The notes under the pieces are model-generated. The model ran no database searches, was not told the DNA's origin, and worked only from the letters and a program-made list of their open reading frames with translations. 64,000 bases of DNA from Phaeosaccion multiseriatum (lineage: Eukaryota; Protista; Ochrophyta, other classes): assembly GCA_965112735.1 (NCBI GenBank), contig OZ218962.1:1674001-1738000 (forward strand), given 5' to 3'. Below, piece by piece: positions 27,563 to 39,700 of this stretch; position 1 is the first letter of the stretch, and every line of letters begins with the position of its first letter. A program made the position numbers and the translations under genes.

Positions 27563-27915
27563 ATAATAGGGTATGCCAGCATATAGTCGCGTGCGAGAGA
27601 AATACCTCAGTTCTTTCTCTCTCCCACGACTACCCTGCCGGGCAAAACTTTCGAACTCAGAGGGGATGGAGAGTGTTGGGTTGGCTGCTATGGCTGAGGT
27701 GCTGGGTTGGCAGCTGTCCCCCAATCAATCGTTGGAATTTCCGCTTTGTATTGACAGTTATTTACAACTATTTTACGTTATCTATTTACACGCACGCACA
27801 CACATACACACAGTGACACACACACGCACGGACACTCACACGCAACCTCTCTCACACACCCACACCCACACCCACACCCACACACACACACCTCCCTCTC
27901 ACACTTATTACCCTC

Positions 27916-28930
27916 CTACCCTGGTTGCACTACCCTCCCCCCTCTGACCCTCTGAAGCGTCAGCTCCTGAAGCCTCAGAAGCCGCTGCTCCTCTGCCTTC
28001 CTCTTGTCTAACGCCTTCCCACCAATAACGACTCGGAGCCGCTCCTTTGTGAGACCCCCATAGATGCCAATACAGTCGATGTTGGTGGCTCTGGAGATGG
28101 CCACGTAGGTGAGGCCAGCTGTCTTCTCCTGTGTGCCCGGAACGAGCACCACCTTGCCCCTCATGGTCTGACCCTGCGCCTTCCACACCGTCCACGCCCA
28201 ACTGAGCCTCAGCGGAAACTGCTTCCGACTCCTGCTGACCGCTTGGCCACCAGCACTACCTTGCCACTCGGCGACGGCTGGAGAGATAGGCACCCAATGC
28301 TCCCTCCCTTCGCCCTCAAAGAAAGCCTCGCCTGTGTAAGAGGGAATGTCGACGACGACGTACTTGGCGAGGCATGGAGGAGGCAGCGGAGCACCGTCCG
28401 CGGCCCTGTCGAAGATGATGTCGACAACTGTTCCCGTGGCACCGTTGACAAGCCCAGTGGCAGTTTGCAGATTCCAAGTCAACAAGACCTTCGCCCCACG
28501 GGCCAGATACACCTCATTCTGCAAGCCTCGTGTATCCTCCTTGGACCCCTGCCTAGCTCCTGGACTGTTGTCAGCGTCCATACGCACAATGGGCGTCCCT
28601 AACGCTTTCAGCAGCCGCATGTTGTGCTTGAGAACATCGAGGTTCGTGGTAAACAACCAAGTCACATTGAGGAGCGTGTCGGCAAAGTGACCCGTCCACT
28701 CGTCCGCAGGCATGACCCCCTCGCAACGTGCCTGAATCCAATGCCAGTCGTCGTTGGTGTTGTCCCCATCCCTGAGCCTCAGCTGAAAGTCTCGAAAGCG
28801 CGCCGCCTGCGGGTGGTCATCCAGTCGCTGTATCTCATCAAGGCGCACCACACTTGTGAACATTTGGTACACGCCGAACCCCTCGTTACCCTGAATCGAC
28901 GTTGGCTTGCCCCAGAGACACGTGCTACCG
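27916..28930 (-). pseudogene. PIF1-family (Helitron-type) helicase, C-terminal half only
   Basis: GAKVLLTWNLQTATGLVNGATGTV, QFPLRLSWAWTVWKAQGQTM, YVAISRAT; no Walker A motif or Rep/HUH domain seen. Confidence 0.85.
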
Positions 28931-28941
28931 ACGGGCGGCAG

Positions 28942-29135
28942 CTTCATCCACCTTGTCATCCTCGGCTGAGGCTGCCCTCACTTGCGCCAGCAACTCTTCA
29001 TCCACCTTGTCATCCTCGGCTGAGGCTGCCCTCACTTGCGCCAGCAACTCTTCATCCACCTTGTCATCCTCGGCTGAGGCTGCCCTCACTTGCGCCAGCA
29101 GCGCTTCATCCACCTTGTCATCCTCGGCTGATGCG
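28942..29135 (-). repeat. 54-bp coding tandem repeat (ASAEDDKVDEELLAQVRA), ~3.5 copies; related array at ~26770-26930
   Basis: ORFs 28925..29467 and 26506..27039. Confidence 0.85.
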
Positions 29136-29920
29136 ACTGCTGGTGCTACTGCTGGTGCTACTGCAAGTGGAAGAGAGTGCTGAGGACATGATGGTCCCAC
29201 ACGATCTGCTATCAACCAGTCCCCTTCGTCCCCCACGTCATCCTCCTCGTCCTCGTCTCGGCTGGTGTTAGTGTCGTTCTCAGCAGGGTCGACAGGCTGG
29301 ATGAGCCACCCCTCCGATGTGCTCTCCTCCTTACAGCAGGCATACCCTAATCCAACTGCCATGGTCAGTCCTGCCGCAGGAAGAGCACGATATGAGAAGA
29401 GGTGAAAGTCAGAGACGCGGAAGCAGCAGCAACCGAGAAGGGAAGAGGCAGACGCACGGGGATCCACAGGAGCAGCGCCTTGGGGATAGCTGTATCTCTC
29501 ACCTCACAGCAGGATACGCTAATCCAACTGCCATGGTCAGTCTTCTTGCCGCAGGAAGAGCACGATATGAGAAGAGGTGGAAGTGAGAGACACGGGAGCA
29601 GCAGCAACCGAGAAGGAATAAGCCAGACGCACGGGGCTCCACAGGAGTGGCGCTTTGGGGATAGCTGTATGTCTTTCTATTGCTATGTGTGGATGATTTG
29701 GTCGATTTGGTGAATTTTGAATTCCCCCCCCCATGGCCATGAAATTTCTGCCCAAAGTGCTCGGAGCGCTGAGAGCGCAGAGCAGCGTTTCCTGAGCGCT
29801 CTGGAAAAATTTGGTGGAAAAGTCGATGGCCCAAATTTGGGGTGGGTGGGGCGGGGGGGGAAATTTGAGAAATAGAGGAAACATCTCACATACGGTAAGT
29901 TCTCTGTAGTCCGTATGTCT

Positions 29921-32849
29921 AATAGTACCGTGATGTGGGGCACCTGCCCCACGAAATTATGGTTTTGGATATTTTATGGGCCACAAATGCTCGTTTTTCA
30001 AGTTTTTTATCCAATATTTTTTGGTTGTGGGGCATTCTCCCCCCCCTCCCCACATGGATTTTTATTCATTCACAGCATCAGCATATTTGCACAGGGCAGC
30101 TATGTAAGAGGAGCAGCGGCTGCGCGGACGATACCCGGCTGTAACAGCTGATGCCAGTGGTGGGAGGGGCATCTCCCACGTGAATTTGCAGGAGAACAGA
30201 GCATACCATGGCTGACGTCGCTGTTGCTACGGTTCCGGAAGCACCAGCAGCAGAGGGGGAAGAAGCACCGCTTACTGCAGAGCAGCAGCAGATTCAGAAC
30301 CTCCGAAACAACACCATCGCCCCACGCTCGAGAAGTGGATATGCATGCGCCTCCACCATGCTGATCCGATACCTCTTCCGCAAGCACCCGGAGCTTCTGG
30401 ACCCTGACTTCAGGACAGCATTTGCTCCACCGGAAGGGGAAGAGGAGGAAGACGGGGAAGATGGGGAAGAGGAGGAAGCACAGAGGAGAGCAGCAGCAGC
30501 CGCAGCAGCCGCCGCACCTGGCGGAGCGGGTGGTGCCACTGCAGCGGCACAGCAGACGCCGGCTGAGGTGTCGAGAGCAGCGAAAGCCCAAGCAAAGGCC
30601 AAGAAGAAGGCTGAGGCGCAGTGGACGAAGCGGGTGAAGGCACACTTGATCCAAGCACCTCGGGCGCCGCACCCTTTGCTGTTCCATCTGCTGACAGCCG
30701 ACGCGTTCTTCGGGTGGCTGCTTGAAGTCAAGAAGGGGCCGAAGGGCTTATCCAAGGCCGGTGCACAGTCGAAACGCTCTGCACTCTTCAATCTGTACAG
30801 AGACTACCATCAGGAGGAACAGCACCGCAAATTGCAAAGCGACCTTGCGACGCTCACCAAGGGGCTGAAGAGGACGATCGCAGGAGAGAAGCAGGAGGGA
30901 AATGTCGAAGTCAGAGAAGGGAAGGCTCCCATGCCGTTCGCTCTCTACCGCGCTCTTGCCAAAGGTAAATTCCCAGCTGTGTGGAGTCAGTGGACAGTGG
31001 AAACTAGTGGAGTGGGTGGAGACAAGTGGCTGATGCATTGAATGCCCCCCACTCACTTCCTAGCCCTGACGCCGTCTTTGGTTGCCACTGTTTCCTTCGC
31101 TTGTGTACATCGCAGCAATGCTGAGCTCGGCAGTCTGTGAGAACGGGCACAGACAGGGCGCCTTTGGCCACCCCTTCCTCGTTCTCTCCTGGAATCTGAT
31201 GTGCCGCGCCACCAACTGTGTGGAGATTTGTCTCGATCATCTCGAGTGGAAGGGGGACGCGCTCTGCGTCTATTTTGGGAAGCAAAAGGGCGATCAGCTG
31301 GGAGAGAAGGCCCGACATCCTCGCCACGTCTACGCGAATCCAATCATGCCGGAGATCTGCCCCGTCCTCGCGCTTGGTGTTTACCTCCTGAGCTTTGGTT
31401 TTGAGAAGAACGCGCTGTTCGCTGGCAACAATCAGTACGATAGGTATTGCGGCTTCCTCAGACGTACGGCGGCGGCGAACTCGTCCATTTTGGAAGGCAT
31501 GGGGCTGACTCCAGAGGACCTCGGCACTCATTCTGGGCGCAAGGGCGCTGCCTCGCACGTCACAAGCGGCTCGTCCGCTGCTCCCAACCCAATTGCTGTG
31601 CAACTTCGAATGGGATGGTCTCTTCCCGGCGTGCAGGGCATCTACTTCAACCCCATCAATGCAGCAGATCAGTATGTGGGCCGGGCTGCCTCCGGCGCGA
31701 ACATCTCAGCGAAGGAGTTTGCATTGCTTCCTCCCTTTTTTCAGCGCCTCAAGGTGGACGGCACAGCGAAGGAGGGCATTGAAGACGTGCTCGCGGGAGC
31801 CATTGTGAGCTGCTTCAGGGACGTGCCGCTGAGATTGAGGAAGGTGGCTGAATTCTGTCTTGCCAGTGTGGTGTACCACGCCGGCTTTCTGCGCAGCACT
31901 CTTCAGGAGAATCACCCTCTTTTCACGACACAGCTCTTCCGAGATCAAAGGTTGCTGGCGGACCTTTCAGAGCATGTCGTGCTGAAGTATCCGGACGAGA
32001 CGGACGAGATTTCTGCAACCGGGATTCCTCCCCACGTCGTGCAGCTGAGGCAATTCCAAGTCGTGGCGGACAGCGTGGCCTCTCTAGGCGGCAAGCTTGA
32101 GGTGTTGGGCCAGACGATCAAGGTCGACTTGGAGACGCTGATCCGTGACGTTCTGGAGGAGAATGCACAGGCCTCTGGCACTGTCACCAGTCTGGGTGTG
32201 AGCAGGGCCCTGCAGACGACCCTCGACGCAGCCTTTTCTAAGAGTGGGCTCAGCGACCTTCTCGCGGCTCACCAGGCAGGCACTCTGGGCCTTGGTGAGG
32301 GTTCGAGCAGCGCCCCGCCCTCTTCTTCTTCTTGTGCAGGTGCAGATCAGCCACCTCTGTATCTCTACAACGGCCGGTGGCATACCCTTCCCGAGCACTT
32401 TGAGGTCCCTAGCTTCACTGTGCGCGCTGCTTGGGATGCTTGGATGACAGGCACTCCTCGCCTTCGAGAATTCACGACAGCAGACGTGCAGGGGAGGGCG
32501 GAGAAGCGAAGGATGTCAAAATTTTGCTGTTTGATGGGTGCGATTGAATCCGCGGCGAAAGAAAAGGGGCTCTGGAAGGACAAGCCGACGCTTGAAGAAG
32601 CGCGAAGCATGTTTGACGCAGTCAAAGACGCCTTTGACATCAAGTCTCGTTCTGATTCTCACAAGCGCCGCTTCAATCAGCTGGTGTGGACCACCGTGTA
32701 TAATTTATGGAGCGCGCAGCAGGCGGACGCGAAAAAACGGGCGAAGCGGGCGAGGGCGAAGGAAAGTGGCACTGGTGCAGACGAGTCGAAGGAGGGGGAT
32801 GGAGGTGATAGCGGTGCAGAGGACGACGAGGAGGGAGGTGGCAGCAGCA

Positions 32850-32883
<34 letters not shown>

Positions 32884-33516
32884 AACAGGAGGAGGCGGAG
32901 CCGGAGGAGGACGAGGAGGAAGGGGTGGGGGAAGGGGGGCCCAAAAAAAACAGCGTACTGGTACTGGTACTGCTTCTGATGCTGCTTCTGCTGCTGCCTC
33001 TGATGCGGCCGCTGCGGCCGCTACTGCCGCTGCTGCCGCGTCAGCAGCGCCGTCGTTGGGCGGCTTGAGAGAGGGAGACATGGCCTTCACATGCTCGTAT
33101 GGCTGTACTAAGCCCTCGCAAGTCAAGCTGTTCCTCTGCCCATCCGAAAGAGCGTGTGGAAACCTCGTGCACCACATGTGCACCGTCGAGTTTTGCGACA
33201 GCAAGGGTTTTGCGGAAGGCGATTTTGACTACTACTGTAAGCCATGCATGATTGAGGACGGACACTAAGTGTGTCTGTAAATATGAATACCATTGTTATC
33301 GTGGTAATACCATTAAATCGTCATATCATAGCGTAGTATATTTTGGAGGAGGAGGGGAGAGATACACACACAAAAAAGGAGGGGGGGGGGGAGGGGCGCT
33401 ACTGGTCCATATTGGGTACTGTACTAAAAATACCCACTTTTAAAAAAATTGGGTACTAAAAATACCCACTTTCACCGAGTGGGGCATCTCGCCCCACCAA
33501 AACCGGTCATCAATAG
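29921..33516 (+). mobile_element. Crypton (tyrosine-recombinase DNA transposon)
   Basis: Absent from the equivalent position in copy A; flanked by aatag direct repeats (29921-29925, 33512-33516); gtggggc..gccccac hairpins at both ends; encodes a tyrosine recombinase. Confidence 0.8.
30208..33268 (+). CDS. Crypton tyrosine recombinase with GCR1_C-like region and C-terminal PHD-like Zn finger (~969 aa, 2 exons)
   Basis: In-frame intron 30965-31115. Catalytic-type residues in LMCRATN, KQKGDQ, GTHSGRKG, GWSLPGVQGIY; also HVYANPIMPEICPVLALG, WHTLPEHFEVPSFTVRAAWDAWMTG, and a Cys/His cluster at the C-terminus. Confidence 0.85.
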
Positions 33517-33761
33517 ATAGAAAGCGTACTCGCTACGCGAAAATTGAAAAGATGAATTTCAGTTTCTCAGTTTAATTCCGTTACGGCTTGTCCTTCTCTC
33601 TCTCTTTGGGCAGTCTTTACTGTGCCTGAGGATAGCAGCCGACATCGCCCGTGCTGTAATAGGTACACAAGTCTCTCCTCAAACGCTGCTTCATCCTTTT
33701 TTAGGGGAGGACATGGTCATCAGAAGCAGGGGGAGCCGCGGGGAGGGAGGACTAAACTAGA

Positions 33762-36700
33762 ATGGGCGTCCTTGGTAGTAGGGGGATCGAGTGCCCTCTC
33801 GTCCTGCTGCTGCTAGCGCTGCTGTTGGTGGCCACGGTAAAGGCCCATTGCCCGAACTTTTGTAGTGGGCATGGAGAGTGCGACGCCAACAATGTGTGCA
33901 ATTGTGAGGATCAGTGGGGCTTTGCGCCAGACTGCTCTCTGGCGCAGTGCCCGTCGGCTGCGTCATGGAGCGGCAAAGCCTACGCCGAGAACGAAGGCCA
34001 CTCGGTAATGGAGTGCAGCAACATTGGAACGTGCGATCGCAAAACCGGAGAGTGCGCCTGTCCACCAGGCTTCACGGGGCAGGCTTGTCAGCGCCTCTCT
34101 TGTCCCAACGACTGTTCCGGCAAGGGCTTGTGTGCATCACTAGAGCAGGCAGCCGAATTCTACGGATATGACTCGTCCGGGGTCGGAAACTACGATTACA
34201 CCACCTGGGATGCAGACGTGTCCACCATGTGTATCTGCGATATGGGCTTTGCCGGGGCAGACTGCTCCATTCGGCTTTGTCCCAAGGGAGACGATCCCGT
34301 CACCACCACGCAGGAGTTTAAAACCCTCCAGATGACCACCAATGCCACGGCAGGAGCTATGGAAGGACTCTTCTTGCTCACGTTCCAGGGCGAGAGCTTC
34401 ACCTTCAACGCCAATGCCTCTCTCTTCACTGCCGCCGATTGCGAGGATGCATGGAGAGGGCTGGAGAACGTCGAGGAGGTGACTTGTACCCGAGGGGAGA
34501 TTGACAACTCCACATTCGGAGCGACGTACACCATTGGTAGGTTCCTCTTCTCCTTTTCCCTAGCTGGAACCAAATGCGCAGCTCCCTGAGCCCTTCCCCC
34601 TTCCCGGCCCTTTCCCTCCCTCTTTGCCCTCAATACAACGACTCGCCCCTGCCAACGCTTCGAAAAAGCCATTGAGCAATGGCCGACACTGCCATATCAA
34701 AACAATATCTTCAATCACGACGGAGACCCTCCCCTCAGCTCCCTCGCTTGCGACACGTCGAACGTCACCGGCACCGGCGTGCAGTGCGCCTTTTCGAATG
34801 TGTATGACTCAGGCAACATCCGAGGTGAGTGGGTAAAGTGTCTTGCTTTTGCTTGCATCTCGCCAATCTTCTTCTCCCTGACGATTGACACTTCGTCCCC
34901 CCGATCCCCATCCCCCCTCCCCCCCCTAGAGTACGACTTCTGCTCACGGCGGGGCATTTGCGACTTCGACACAGGCCAGTGCTCCTGCTACCTCGGCTTC
35001 GGAGAAGCCAACTGCGGCACTGCCGAGGACTCCATCTATGGAAACGGTGACGTGGACATCTTACTCCTCGACGCGCAACAGACTGGCTTCACTGGTGCGT
35101 TCCGCTACCGGTGTAGACTGCCCTCCCTCCACCCCGCCCCTGATGAATGCCAATGCCTCTGTACCGCTCCCCCCCAACACACACTCCCTCTCAGGGAATA
35201 TGCTTCACTTCCAGACTACCGCAGAGGCAAGCAATGACTTCAATATCATTAAGGCGCAGTCAAGCGATGAGAACACGCTCATTGTCAAGGGGTCTGGCGA
35301 CATACGAATGCACAAAGGCGGTCTCACGATCGACGAGGGGGGGGAGACGATCACTGCTGGGGGCCTAACCATCACCGCAGGAGGTGAAACAATCACCTCG
35401 GGAGGTCTGACAATCACGGCAGGGGGCGAAACAATCACGACGGACGGCTTGACCATCGTGGGTGGAGGTGCCACGATTGAGAGCGGAGGATTGACCATAG
35501 AGCTCCACGGGGAGACCATTGAGAGCGGCGACTTGGTGCTGGATGCCGGCTCTATCACAGCCGCCAGTGGAGCACTGTATATCGATGGCATCACGAGCAC
35601 GGATCTCGTGGAAGTGACGGCCGGAGGGCTGGATGTCAGAGGGGGCGCCACAATCGAGTCTGGAGGCTTGTACGTCACTGCGGCGGGCCAAACCATCGCT
35701 TCCGGCGACCTCACGTTGGCCTTGGGGGACATTATGCTGACCGAAGGCTCTATCACAGCGAGCGCAGGAGACCTGGTGCTTGTGGCAGGCTCCATCACCG
35801 CCACGGCAGGCAACCTGGTGATGACGGAGGGTGATGTCATGATGACACAAGGCTCCATCACAGCGAGCGCAGGAGACCTGGTGCTTGTGGCAGGCTCCAT
35901 CACCGCCACGGCAGGCAACCTGGTGATGACGGAGGGGGATGTGATTGTGACGGCTGGAGACGTGTCGGTGACGGCTGGAGACGTGTCACTGGCGGCTGGC
36001 AATGTGCTGCTGACCGAAGGCTCTATCACCGCGAGCGCAGGCGACCTGGTGCTTGTGGCCGGCTCCATCACCGCTACGGCAGGCAACCTGGTGATGACGG
36101 AGGGGGATGTGATTGTGACGGCTGGAGACGTGTCGGTGACAGCTGGAGACGTGTCATTGGCGGCTGGCAATGTGCTGCTGACCGAAGGCTCTATCACCGC
36201 GAGCGCAGGCGACCTGGTGCTTGTGGCCGGCTCCATCACCGCTACGGCAGGCAACCTGGTGATGACGGAGGGGGATGTGATTGTGACGGCTGGAGATGTG
36301 TCATTGGCGGCTGGCAATGTGCTGCTGACCGAAGGCTCTATCACAGCGAGCGCAGGAGACCTGGTGCTTGTGGCCGGCTCCATCACCGCCACGGCAGGCA
36401 ACCTGGTTATGACGGAGGGTGATGTGATTGTGACGGCTGGAGATGTGTCACTGGCAACTGGCAATGTGCTGCTGACCGAAGGCTCCATCACCGCGAGCGC
36501 AGGCGACCTGGTGCTTGTGGCCGGCTCCATCACCGCTACAGCAGGCAACCTGGTGATGACGGAGGGGGATGTGATTGTGACGGCTGGAGACGTGTCGGTG
36601 ACAGCTGGAGACGTGTCTCTGGCGGCTGGCAATGTGCTGCTGACCGAAGGCTCCATCACCGCGAGCGCAGGAGACCTGGTGCTCGTGGCCGGCTCCATCA

Positions 36701-39700
36701 CCGCCACAGCAGGCAACCTGGTGATGACGGAGGGTGATGTGATTGTGACGGCTGGAGACGTGTCACTGGCGGCTGGCAATGTGCTGCTGACCGAAGGCTC
36801 TATCACCGCGAGCGCAGGCGACCTGGTGCTGGTGGCCGGCTCCATCACTGCAACAGCAGGCGACCTGATTATGACGGAGGGTGATGTGATTGTGACGGCT
36901 GGAGACGTGTCGGTAACGGCTGGAGACGTGTCTCTGGCGGCTGGCAATGTGCTGCTGACCGAAGGCTCTATCACCGCGAGCGCAGGAGACCTGGTGCTGG
37001 TGGCCGGCTCCATCACCGCTACGGCAGGCAACCTGGTGATGACGGAGGGTGATGTGATTGTGACGGCCGGAGACGTGTCACTGGCGGCTGGCAATGTGCT
37101 GCTGACCGAAGGCTCCATCACCGCGAGTGCAGGCGACCTGGTGCTTGTGGCAGGCTCGATCACCGCCACGGCAGGCAACCTGGTGATGATGGAGGGCGAC
37201 ATCCTTATTGGTGCCGGAGACATTTCTTTAGATGTAGGCAATGTGCTGCTGACCGAAGGCTCTATCACCGCGAGCGCAGGCGACCTGGTACTTGTAGCCG
37301 GCTCGATCACCGCCACAGCAGGCAACCTGGTGATGACGGAGGGTGATGTGATTGTGGCGGCTGGAGACGTGTCGCTGACGGCTGGAGACGTGTCATTGGC
37401 GGCTGGCAATGTGCTGCTGACCGAAGGCTCCATCACCGCGAGCGCAGGAGACCTGGTGCTTGTGGCCGGCTCCATCACCGCCACGGCAGGCAACCTGGTG
37501 ATGACGGAGGGTGATGTGATTGTGACGGCTGGAGACGTGTCACTGGCGGCTGGCAATGTGCTGCTGACCGAAGGCTCTATCACCGCGAGCGCAGGCGACC
37601 TGGTGCTGGTGGCAGGCTCCATCACCGCCACAGCAGGCAACCTGGTGATGACGGAGGGGGATGTGATTGTGACGGCTGGCGACGTGTCGGTGACAGCTGG
37701 AGACGTGTCTCTGGCGGCTGGCAATGTGCTGCTGACCGAAGGCTCTATCACCGCGAGCGCAGGCGACCTGGTGCTGGTGGCCGGCTCCATCACCGCTACA
37801 GCAGGCAACCTGGTGATGACGGAGGGGGATGTGATTGTGACGGCTGGCGACGTGTCGGTGACAGCTGGAGACGTGTCTTTGGCGGCTGGCAATGTGCTGC
37901 TGACCGAAGGCTCTATCACCGCGAGCGCAGGCGACCTGGTGCTCGTGGCCGGCTCCATCACCGCCACGGCTGGCAACCTGGTGATGACGGAGGGTGATGT
38001 GATTGTGACGGCTGGCGACGTGTCACTGGCGGCTGGCAATGTGCTGCTGACCGAAGGCTCCATCACCGCGAGCGCAGGCGACCTGGTGCTTGTGGCAGGC
38101 TCCATCACCGCTACAGCAGGCAACCTGGTGATGACGGAGGGTGATGTGATTGTGACGGCTGGAGACGTGTCACTGGCGGCTGGAGACGTGTCGGTGGCAA
38201 CTGGCAATGTGCTGCTGACCGAAGGCTCTATCACCGCGAGCGCAGGCGACCTGGTGCTGGTGGCCGGCTCCATCACCGCCACGGCAGGCAACCTGGTGAT
38301 GACGGAGGGTGATGTGATTGTGACGGCTGGAGACGTGTCATTGGCGGCTGGCAATGTGCTGCTGACCGAAGGCTCTATCACCGCGAGCGCAGGCGACCTG
38401 GTGCTTGTAGCCGGCTCCATCATCGCCACGGCAGGCAACCTGGTGATGACGGAGGGTGATGTGATTGTGACGGCTGGAGACGTGTCGGTGACAGCTGGAG
38501 ACGTGTCATTGGCGGCTGGCAATGTGCTGCTGACCGAAGGCTCCATCACCGCGAGCGCAGGAGACCTGGTGCTTGTGGCAGGCTCGATCACCGCCACGGC
38601 AGGGAACCTGGTGATGACGGAGGGTGATGTGATTGTGACAGCTGGAGACGTGTCATTGGCGGCTGGCAATGTGCTGCTGACCGAAGGCTCTATCACCGCG
38701 AGCGCAGGCGACCTGGTGCTGGCGGCCGGCTCCATCACTGCTACGGCAGGCAACCTGGTGATGACGGAGGGGGATGTGATTGTGACGGCTGGCGACGTGT
38801 CGGTCACGGCTGGAGACGTGTCTCTGGCGGCTGGCAATGTGCTGCTGACCGAAGGCTCTATCACCGCGAGCGCAGGCGACCTGGTGCTTGTGGCCGGCTC
38901 CATCACCGCCACGGCAGGCAACCTGGTGATGACGGAGGGTGATGTGATTGTGACGGCTGGCGACGTGTCGGTCACGGCTGGAGACGTGTCTCTGGCGGCT
39001 GGCAATGTGCTGCTGACCGAAGGCTCTATCACCGCGAGCGCAGGCGACCTGGTGCTTGTAGCCGGCTCCATCACCGCCACGGCAGGCAACCTGGTGGTGA
39101 CGGAGGGGGATGTGATTGTGACGGCTGGAGACGTGTCGGTGACAGCTGGAGACGTGTCATTGGCGGCTGGCAGTGTGCTGCTGACCGAAGGCTCCATCAC
39201 CGCGAGCGCAGGAGACCTGGTGCTTGTGGCAGGCTCGATCACCGCCACGGCAGGCAACCTGGTGATGACGGAGGGTGATGTGATTGTGACGGCTGGCGAC
39301 GTGTCGGTCACGGCTGGAGACGTGTCTCTGGCGGCTGGCAATGTGCTGCTGACCGAAGGCTCTATCACCGCGAGCGCAGGCGACCTGGTGCTGGCGGCCG
39401 GCTCCATCACTGCTACGGCAGGCAACCTGGTGATGACGGAGGGGGATGTGATTGTGACGGCTGGAGACGTGTCATTGGCGGCTGGCAATGTGCTGCTGAC
39501 CGAAGGCTCTATCACCGCGAGCGCAGGCGACCTGGTGCTTGTGGCAGGCTCTATCACCGCCACGGCAGGCAACCTGGTGATGACGGAGGGTGATGTGATT
39601 GTGACGGCTGGAGACCTGTCGGTAACGGCTGGAGACGTGTCACTGGCGGCTGGCAATGTGCTGCTGACCGAAGGCTCTATCACCGCGAGCGCAGGAGACT

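Larger units (their letters stand above)
27563..33540 (-). mobile_element. Helentron/Helitron2-like element, copy B, head-to-tail with copy A and interrupted by a Crypton
   Basis: Starts with the same ataatagggtatgccagcatatagtcgcgtgcgag end, is colinear with copy A to catacggtaag (~29899), and resumes as atagaaagcgtactcgctacgc at 33517. Confidence 0.75.

Noticed and set aside
27916-33268. Endogenous virus/Polinton (helicase + recombinase + fibre protein nearby)
   Set aside because: No capsid, packaging ATPase, polymerase or long TIRs. The helicase lies within Helentron ends and the fibre gene is intron-containing and outside those ends.
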